From contig OZ244044.1 in assembly GCA_965215275.1 (NCBI GenBank), forward strand, positions 896,001 to 960,000: a stretch of DNA of 64,000 nucleotides. The letters run 5' to 3'. The stretch is from Thermodesulfobacteriota bacterium. GTDB lineage: Bacteria; Desulfobacterota_D; UBA1144; Nemesobacterales; JAJCZQ01. The notes under the pieces are model-generated. The model made no database searches. It saw only the letters and a list, made by a program, of their open reading frames with translations, and was not told where the DNA came from. Of this stretch, positions 56,982-64,000 are shown piece after piece. How positions within the stretch are numbered: position 1 is the stretch's first letter; each line of letters begins with the position of its first letter. The translations under genes were made by a program, and so were the position numbers.

Positions 56982-59219
56982 CTATTTTCGTGTACCGGTT
57001 GACTTGATCATCCGGATACTGTCGCCGTCCCTTTCAAAACTGGCCGCGTTCCTGCACTTCGGATAACCGGAGCAGGCCAGGAACTCAGCACCATCACGAC
57101 GCCGGGTCTTTATAACCATGACCGAACCGCACTTCTCACACTCAATGTCCGTTTCCTTCGGCTCGGACGCTTTCTTAATTATGATCCTGTCACCGTCCCT
57201 TTCAAAATCAGACGCGTTCTTACATTTCGGATAGCCAGAGCAGGCCAGGAACTCAGCACCATCACGACGCCGGGTCTTTATAACCATGATCGAACCGCAC
57301 TTCTCACATTCAATGTCCGTCTCCTTCGGTTCGGACGCCTTCTTCGGTACTATCCTGTCACCGTCCCTTTCAAAATCAGACGCGTTCTTGCACTCGGGAT
57401 AGCCGGAACATGAAAGGAATTCCCCTCCTATCCTGCGTCTCTGCTTGATTATCATAGGTTTGCCGCACTTGTCGCAGGTAATATCGGTTTCCTCAACTAT
57501 ATTGAAGGATCTTTCTGCATCTTCCAGACGCCTCTGCAGTCCATTTTTCTCATCGAAATAAAAACTGTTCAGAAGTTTGTCCCATTTTTTTGTCCCCTGC
57601 TCAATCCTGTCAAGGTCCTCTTCGACCGAAGCGGTAAAGGTCTCGTCCATTATGTTCGGAAAGTTCTTTACAAGGCAGTCGTTCACGGAAATGCCAAGAG
57701 AAGTAGGAAAGAACACTTTTTTCTCCATTCTGACGTATTCCCTTTCCTGAATTGTAGAAAGGATCGAGGCATAGGTCGACGGTCTGCCAACGCCTTTATC
57801 TTCAAGTTCTTTTACCAGCGATGATTCATTGTAACGAGGAGGAGGTTTTGTAAAATGCTGGGTCGGGATCATATCCTCACACCTAAGCTCGTCTCCCCTG
57901 GCAAGCGGAGGCAGAAGCGGTTCATCATCTCCCTTAACCGATCTCTGAGGTGGTATAACCTCTCTCCATCCCGCAAAAACTGGAACCGTCCCAACGGCAC
58001 GAAAAACAGCCTTGCCAGCCTCTATATCCACGGTCGTACGTTCATCCACCGCGGAAGTCATCTGAGAAGCGATGAACCTTCTCCATATCAGTTCATAAAG
58101 CCGTGCCTCGTCCTTTTGCAGAAACCTGGCTATATCCTGCGGAGTTCTGTCCGCAGAGGTTGCCCTTATGGCCTCATGGGCGTCCTGAGCGTCTTTCTTT
58201 ACCTTCTGCACCGGTGGCTTTGAAGGAAGGTACTTATCGCCCCATTTGTTTTTAATGAACCCGCGTGCTTCCTCGACCGCACGGGAGGAAAGGCGTACTG
58301 AGTCCGTTCTCATATAGGTTATAAGACCGACCGGTCCCTGGTCGCCAAGGTCTATCCCTTCATAGAGCCTCTGGGCCACGGTCATGGTCTTCCTGACCGA
58401 AAATCCCAGCCTGGTCGATGCCTCTCGCTGAAGGGTACTCGTGATAAAAGGCGGCGGTGCCTTGCGGTTGTGTTTTTTCCTCTCAACTTCCTTAACGCGG
58501 AACCGTTCACCCTTCAGTGCCGCAACTATTTCATCTGCACGGGTACCGTCCGGGATCTCATCACTGCAATCCTCAAAGCTCTGCAGATAAGCGGAAAAAC
58601 CCTCGTCTTTCAGGGTCAGCAGACGTGCTTCCAGTTTCCAGTATTCCCGCGGCACGAAAGCATCTATCTCCCTCTCCCTTCGAACTATAAAATTAAGGGC
58701 AACGCTCTGAACGCGTCCCGCACTAAGCCTGCCACCTATCTTTTTCCAGAGAAGCGGACTTATCTTGTAACCGACTATCCTGTCGAGTATACGCCGTGCC
58801 TGCTGAGCTTCGAACTTATCCCTGTTCAGTTCCCCGGAGTTCCTGAACGTCTCTATAACACCTTCTTTCGTTATTTCACGTATAAGGACGCGATGAGCTC
58901 TTTTGCCAAGGTCCAGTTCTTTTGCAATATGCCATGCTATCGCCTCTCCTTCCCTGTCCGGGTCGGTTGCCAAATATACCTTTTCCTTTTCTCTGGCGGA
59001 TTTGCGAAGTTCCTTCAGTATCTTGCCCTTACCCTTTATAACCTCATAGTCCGGCTTAAATCCGTTGCTTATATCGACCCCGATCTTGTCATGGGTTTTA
59101 TCGGACAGATCAACGACGTGACCCACGGAAGCCTTCACCTGATAATCCTTACCCAGGTATTTGCTTATCGTACGGGCCTTTGAAGGTGACTCGACTATTA
59201 CCAGCGATTTCAATGACAT
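56982..59219 (-). CDS. topA: DNA topoisomerase I with three C-terminal Zn ribbons
   Basis: LVIVESPSK, TDPDREGE, SAGRVQS, LITYMRTDS and GRPSTY. Confidence 0.98.
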   Translation of the reverse strand: MSLKSLVIVESPSKARTISKYLGKDYQVKASVGHVVDLSDKTHDKIGVDISNGFKPDYEVIKGKGKILKELRKSAREKEKVYLATDPDREGEAIAWHIAKELDLGKRAHRVLIREITKEGVIETFRNSGELNRDKFEAQQARRILDRIVGYKISPLLWKKIGGRLSAGRVQSVALNFIVRREREIDAFVPREYWKLEARLLTLKDEGFSAYLQSFEDCSDEIPDGTRADEIVAALKGERFRVKEVERKKHNRKAPPPFITSTLQREASTRLGFSVRKTMTVAQRLYEGIDLGDQGPVGLITYMRTDSVRLSSRAVEEARGFIKNKWGDKYLPSKPPVQKVKKDAQDAHEAIRATSADRTPQDIARFLQKDEARLYELIWRRFIASQMTSAVDERTTVDIEAGKAVFRAVGTVPVFAGWREVIPPQRSVKGDDEPLLPPLARGDELRCEDMIPTQHFTKPPPRYNESSLVKELEDKGVGRPSTYASILSTIQEREYVRMEKKVFFPTSLGISVNDCLVKNFPNIMDETFTASVEEDLDRIEQGTKKWDKLLNSFYFDEKNGLQRRLEDAERSFNIVEETDITCDKCGKPMIIKQRRRIGGEFLSCSGYPECKNASDFERDGDRIVPKKASEPKETDIECEKCGSIMVIKTRRRDGAEFLACSGYPKCKNASDFERDGDRIIIKKASEPKETDIECEKCGSVMVIKTRRRDGAEFLACSGYPKCRNAASFERDGDSIRMIKSTGTRK

Positions 59220-59390
59220 AATATCTGTTCCTTTTAAACTGATGTAAACTGAATCTCAACGCCTGAAAATAAAACCAAAAATCTCATACAGTCAAATTTC
59301 AAAATCCAGCCTTAACTTAACAACTATCTTATGAACTGGCAATCCCGTATATGACCTTGTCCTTCTCCAGACAGTCAGATAACGTCAAAG

Positions 59391-60368
59391 CTACAGCTCT
59401 ATACTGTCTGCCATGTCCTTGTTCTTCACGTACCAGTCAACCGTCAGATCCAGTCCGTTTTCAATATCGACCCCTGGTACCCAGTTAAGGAACTTTCTTG
59501 CTTTCAGGGTGTTCGCCCACGTAGCAGGAACGTCAGTTATATGAACGGGCTGACTGACCACACGGGCTTTTTTCCCCAGCCTTTTTTCGATCATCTTTAT
59601 AAAATCCGTCAGCCTGACCGGAGCGTCGCTCCCAAGGTTTATGATCTCAAAGCCAGAACCCTCCACTGCGGACACGGCGGATACCGTGCCTTCCGCTATA
59701 TCATCTACATAGGTAAAGTCCCTTTCCTGGTTCCCGTCCCCATAAACGATCACGTCATCTCCCCGGTCGGTCCATCTTATGAACCTGAAAGGGGCCATAT
59801 CCGGTCTTCCCGCCGGACCATAAACGGTAAAATACCTCAGGACGAAAATATCCATTCCATAGAGCCTGTGATAGGTATAGCACAGATTTTCAGATGCTTT
59901 TTTTGATGAAGCGTAAGGTGAGAGCGTAAGGTCCGTATTCTGCTCCTCGTGAAAGGGATACTCGTTCTCTCCATAAACACTGGAGGTTGAGGCCTGAACG
60001 AATTTCGATATACCGCTGCTTTTGCTGAACTGCAGCAGGTTCAGGGTTCCCATAAGGTTGGTCCTGTAATACTCGGATGGAATATCCAGGCTGCTTCTGA
60101 CGCCCGCCCGGGCAGCCAGGTTAACTATGGTATCAATATCTGCGTGATCATCAAGACATGCTTCCAGGTTTTCCCTTTCCGTGATATCGACCTTATAAAA
60201 AGTAAAGTTCCTTTCAGCTGACAGACGGTCCAGTCTGTATTTCTTGAGCCTCACGTCGTAAGCATCGTTCAGGCTGTCGATCCCTATTACCTGGTCGCCT
60301 CTTTTACTTAACAGACTGCAGACCCTGGACCCTATAAATCCTGCACAACCCGTTACCAGGACAGACAT
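59391..60368 (-). CDS. NAD-dependent nucleotide-sugar epimerase (UDP-glucuronate 4-epimerase-like)
   Basis: GCAGFIG, LAARAGVR, YASSK and FTVYGPAGRPDM. Confidence 0.9.
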   Translation of the reverse strand: MSVLVTGCAGFIGSRVCSLLSKRGDQVIGIDSLNDAYDVRLKKYRLDRLSAERNFTFYKVDITERENLEACLDDHADIDTIVNLAARAGVRSSLDIPSEYYRTNLMGTLNLLQFSKSSGISKFVQASTSSVYGENEYPFHEEQNTDLTLSPYASSKKASENLCYTYHRLYGMDIFVLRYFTVYGPAGRPDMAPFRFIRWTDRGDDVIVYGDGNQERDFTYVDDIAEGTVSAVSAVEGSGFEIINLGSDAPVRLTDFIKMIEKRLGKKARVVSQPVHITDVPATWANTLKARKFLNWVPGVDIENGLDLTVDWYVKNKDMADSIEL

Positions 60369-60412
60369 CGCATATCTCCGAAAAATTTTATTGAAAGGTA
60401 GCTCATGAAAGA

Positions 60413-61711
60413 TCAGATACCAACCGCTATGTACTCAAAGCCCATATTTTCCAATTTCTCTCTGCTGTACAGGTTCCTTCCGTCAAAAATAACCCGGCTG
60501 TTTACCAGAGAGGAGACTTTCATCAGGTCAGGCTGCCTGTACTCGTTCCATTCAGTACTGACGATTATTGCGTCTGCCCCGCTGCAGGCGTCATAGTTGG
60601 AGTGGGCGTACTTTATTCTGTCCCCGTAGATGCTTTTTACGTTATCAAGTGCAGCAGGATCATGGACCACGATGGATGCTCCGTTCTCAAGCAGCTTGTC
60701 GACTAAAAACAAAGCCGGGGATTCTCTTATATCGTCCGTATTGGGCTTGAACGACAGTCCCCACATGGCAAACGCCTTGTTCTTCAGGTCGCCCCCGTAG
60801 TATTTTGATATTTTATTGAAAAACCTTACCCTCTGATCTTTATTTATGTCGTCAACGGCACTGCAGACCCTGAGCTCACAGCCAAACTGCTCTGCCGTGT
60901 TTATCAGGGCTTTCACGTCCTTGGGAAAACAGGACCCTCCGTAGCCAAGTCCCGGGAACAGAAAATGCCTTCCTATCCTTCTGTCCGAACCCATGACGGA
61001 CCTTACATCCGAAACGTTCACCCCTGCTGCCTCGCACAGATTGGCCATCTCGTTCATAAAGGATATGCGGGTTGCAAGCATTGCGTTCGAAGCGTACTTT
61101 GACATTTCAGAGGATCTTATCGAAACCACGTTGGACCTGTTCCATGAACGCATGAACGGTAAATAAAGTTCCTTGAGTATCTCACCTGCCTTTTTACTTT
61201 CAACCCCGATAACCACCCTTTCCGGCTTTAAAAAATCCTCAACCGCGGCACCTTCCTTTAAAAACTCCGGGTTTGACGCAATATCAAATTCGACTTCCGT
61301 AAGAGATCTGATCACGTCCCTGACTTTTTCCGTCGTTCCCACGGGAACAGTGCTTTTGGTCACAACGACCTTATAGTCGTTAATATAATTTCCTATCTGT
61401 CTGGCCACGTCCAGGACGTATTTTATATCCGCAGTCCCATCCTCGGACTGGGGAGTTCCAACTGCAATGAATATAATGTAAGAATTCTCGATCGCAGTTT
61501 TGATGTCGGTGGTAAAACTGATCCTGCCTTCTTCCAGATTGGATTTTACCATCTCCTCGAGCCCGGGTTCGTAAAACGGCACCTTTCCCGTAAGAAGGGA
61601 TCTTATCTTGCCTTCGTCTATATCCACACAGGTAACCTTATTTCCGCTTGACGAAAAACAAGCCCCCGTTACAAGCCCGACGTACCCTGTACCGATAACA
61701 GCGATATTCAT
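60413..61711 (-). CDS. ugd: UDP-glucose 6-dehydrogenase
   Basis: GTGYVG, KSTVPVGT, NPEFLKEG, GGSCFPKD and FKPNTDD.R. Confidence 0.95.
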   Translation of the reverse strand: MNIAVIGTGYVGLVTGACFSSSGNKVTCVDIDEGKIRSLLTGKVPFYEPGLEEMVKSNLEEGRISFTTDIKTAIENSYIIFIAVGTPQSEDGTADIKYVLDVARQIGNYINDYKVVVTKSTVPVGTTEKVRDVIRSLTEVEFDIASNPEFLKEGAAVEDFLKPERVVIGVESKKAGEILKELYLPFMRSWNRSNVVSIRSSEMSKYASNAMLATRISFMNEMANLCEAAGVNVSDVRSVMGSDRRIGRHFLFPGLGYGGSCFPKDVKALINTAEQFGCELRVCSAVDDINKDQRVRFFNKISKYYGGDLKNKAFAMWGLSFKPNTDDIRESPALFLVDKLLENGASIVVHDPAALDNVKSIYGDRIKYAHSNYDACSGADAIIVSTEWNEYRQPDLMKVSSLVNSRVIFDGRNLYSREKLENMGFEYIAVGI

Positions 61712-62120
61712 ATTTATATAACCTCAAAAAATTTTAAAAGAGTACATAAACAAACAGAAAGAAAAACCATATCAGAAACAAGTCTTTTGGATATTACTTT
61801 TGCGATATTATAGTTAATAGAAAAATAATCGCATAAAATTTTGCCAATTTTGTTTTAGATCATCATGTTTAACTTATTAATTGTTAAACTTTTAGTGTGT
61901 AATTATAAGGGATTTTTTGATAACTTATTTAGGGAAATTATAAAGATTGATATATGACAGGATAAAGAGAGAAATAAATAATATTAAAGAAAAAAGAGCT
62001 AAAAATAAGAAAATTAAATAAGAGAACAGAAAATGAACTATCAGAATAAGCACTATATCCATAAAAATAAAAAGAAAGAAAACAAAAGAAAAGAAGTAAA
62101 GAAAGAATTAAAGAAAAAAG

Positions 62121-62330
62121 ATGAGCAAACCTATCGACAATCAAAACAAGACAAAGGAAGTTCTTAAGATACCTCAGAAAATTATACAAAATTCATCTGA
62201 TGGTGATTACATATACCGCGGCGACCCTGCTCACTACAAAAGAATACCTTCCTTCCCACTATTAACATGTGTGAGAGTATAGATATAGAACACTTTAAGA
62301 GGGGAGGCAATGCATTAGAAGTAAGTTAAT
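62121..62330 (+). pseudogene. FRG-domain N-terminal remnant
   Basis: IIQNSSDGDYIYRGDPAHYKRIPS resembles the FRG start (YRG); the frame is broken on both sides. Confidence 0.45.
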
Positions 62331-62573
62331 AATTAAAGCAAATAGTAATCCTGTACTGTATTGTTTTAAGGAATATCACTGATTCAGGAGATTTAGAAAT
62401 TCACTATAGTAATCAGCCTTAAATATACAAAATCAATCAAAAAGAGCCTAATTGATTGAAATTACTACCTTTTTACTTGCCAAGTTAGTTATAAACAGGT
62501 ATATTATAATAATTTATTGTTATTTAATTTCTGGGAATTACATACGGTATATATGGTTACTGGAGTATAATTG

Positions 62574-64000
62574 ATGAAAAAACTTCGTTTACCACCATAC
62601 GCAGCTTCGTTATCAGAATCCATGAGAGATATCGGCTACTCACTGGAAACGGCCATAGCTGATATTATAGACAACAGTATCACTGCTGCTGCATCAAAAG
62701 TAGAAATCTGTTTTGATTTCAATATTGAGGAACCTGCTGAACGGGTTCTTGGGATTATTGATAACGGAAAGGGTATGAATAGAGATGAACTTACTAATGC
62801 TATGCGGTACGGGTCTATTCATCCACGTAACATCCGATCAGACAACGATCTCGGACGTTTTGGTCTAGGGCTTAAAACTGCTTCCTTTTCCCAGTGTCGT
62901 AAAGTAACGGTCATCAGCCGAAAAAACGGTGAATGGTCAGGTGCAGTCTGGGATATGGATACGCTGGAAAAACATGATGAATGGATACTCGGAGTTCTTA
63001 ATGCCCGTGAAATTTCAGACATTCCCCATGCTGATAAAATCACCGGCGATGGAACTCTTGTGCTCTGGCAAAAGCTGGACAGACTCTTTGATGGGGAACT
63101 GTACGATTTACATCAGGATTCACTCTTGGAAAAACTTGAGGTAGTGGAAAAACATCTGGCACTGGTCTTTCACCGGTTCTTATCTCACGAGATCAAAAAG
63201 AAAAAACTGGATATATTCATTAACGGTCACCAAGTTGAACCCTTTGATCCATTCTGCCTGAAAAATACGGCAACACAACTGCTGCAAAAAGAGATTGTCA
63301 GAATCAATGGTCATACCATAACCATTCAGCCGTATATATTACCTCATCACAGCAAACTATCACCGAAAGAACACGATTACTACAAGGAACGCAGTGAGTT
63401 TGTCAGCAACCAAGGTGTCTACATCTACCGTAACAATCGCTTGATGGCATGGGGAGACTGGTTCAGGCTGGTGTCAAAAGGAGAATCCACAAAACTGGCT
63501 CGCGTCAGGATAGACTTTCCTAATGCACTGGATGAACACTGGACAATAGACATCAAGAAATCCAAGGCAGTCCCACCTCGCCAAGTAAAGGATAAACTGC
63601 GGCAAATCATTAACAGAATTTCAGAGCAGAGTACCCGTGTTCATAAGGCTAGAGGTCATCGACTTTTTGAAGGTGTAGCACTGCCATTCTGGGTGCGTTA
63701 TGCCGAACATAATGGCATACAATATTCACTGAACAGACAGCATCCTATCCTCCAGGCCTTTAAAGGATCGCTAGACACAGGAAAGCAGCAACTGTTTTCA
63801 GAGGTACTTGAAATTGTAGAAAAATCCATACCTGTTGAAGCAATCTATTCAGATTATTCAACCACACCTAAAAGTTTTGAAGAAACCGAGAAAATCGATG
63901 GTGAAGAAATCAGGGCTAAACTTCACAGGCTGTTTGATATCCTCTCTGCCGAAAATGAGATTGACGAAAATCAATTCAGAAAAACATTCAGTAACTTGAA
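62574..64000 (+). CDS. MORC-type GHKL ATPase (3'-truncated by window edge; absent from the ORF track)
   Basis: MKKLRLPPYAASLSESMRDIGYSLETAIADIIDNSITA, DNGKGM, DLGRFGLGLKTASFSQC and YRNNRLMAWGDWF; GGAG RBS. Confidence 0.88.
   Translation, partial: MKKLRLPPYAASLSESMRDIGYSLETAIADIIDNSITAAASKVEICFDFNIEEPAERVLGIIDNGKGMNRDELTNAMRYGSIHPRNIRSDNDLGRFGLGLKTASFSQCRKVTVISRKNGEWSGAVWDMDTLEKHDEWILGVLNAREISDIPHADKITGDGTLVLWQKLDRLFDGELYDLHQDSLLEKLEVVEKHLALVFHRFLSHEIKKKKLDIFINGHQVEPFDPFCLKNTATQLLQKEIVRINGHTITIQPYILPHHSKLSPKEHDYYKERSEFVSNQGVYIYRNNRLMAWGDWFRLVSKGESTKLARVRIDFPNALDEHWTIDIKKSKAVPPRQVKDKLRQIINRISEQSTRVHKARGHRLFEGVALPFWVRYAEHNGIQYSLNRQHPILQAFKGSLDTGKQQLFSEVLEIVEKSIPVEAIYSDYSTTPKSFEETEKIDGEEIRAKLHRLFDILSAENEIDENQFRKTFSNL

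Noticed and set aside
61938..62189. 83-aa hydrophobic membrane protein
   Set aside because: Hydrophobicity results from an A-rich opposite strand; no RBS; probably decayed sequence.
62201..62216. IS1595-like end (GGTGATTACATATAC)
   Set aside because: Better explained as codons GDYIY of the FRG remnant.
1..64000. tRNA or rRNA genes
   Set aside because: None recognised by eye; a tRNAscan/Infernal run would be needed to exclude small RNAs.

Overview
Bacterial chromosome window, probably Deltaproteobacteria-like. Candidatus Dadabacteria or a sponge-symbiont-type genome is a guess from gene content, not proven. Housekeeping blocks: A2-type caa3 cytochrome c oxidase cluster (SCO-ctaCDEF-ctaA-ctaB), mreB-mreC // mreD-mrdA-rodA, ygfZ, two porins, phoBR, era, aspS, rmuC, sucAB, recG, topA, an NDP-sugar epimerase and ugd. 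At almost every junction these blocks alternate with AT-rich accessory islets. The islets hold defence/toxin modules, phage-derived genes, decayed methyltransferase and FRG/TPR genes, one inactivated IS1595-family element and many IS1595-like end motifs. Main candidates: (1) a SLATT(DUF4231)-TIR-E2/SEC-C operon (46.2-47.8 kb) laid out like E2-only (type II short) CBASS but with a tailed TIR enzyme in place of the CD-NTase; (2) a TIGR04255-like/repeat-rich/ART-like three-gene module; (3) an array of orphan genes, each behind a repeated promoter-operator leader, that splits the mreC-mreD operon; (4) an intact phage capsid gene between dead phage neighbours; (5) a Panacea antitoxin with a toxin ORF that lacks a canonical start; (6) a poly-C/AC tract that may phase-vary a methyltransferase-GIY-YIG fusion. 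All family calls come from motif recognition by eye; no searches were run.
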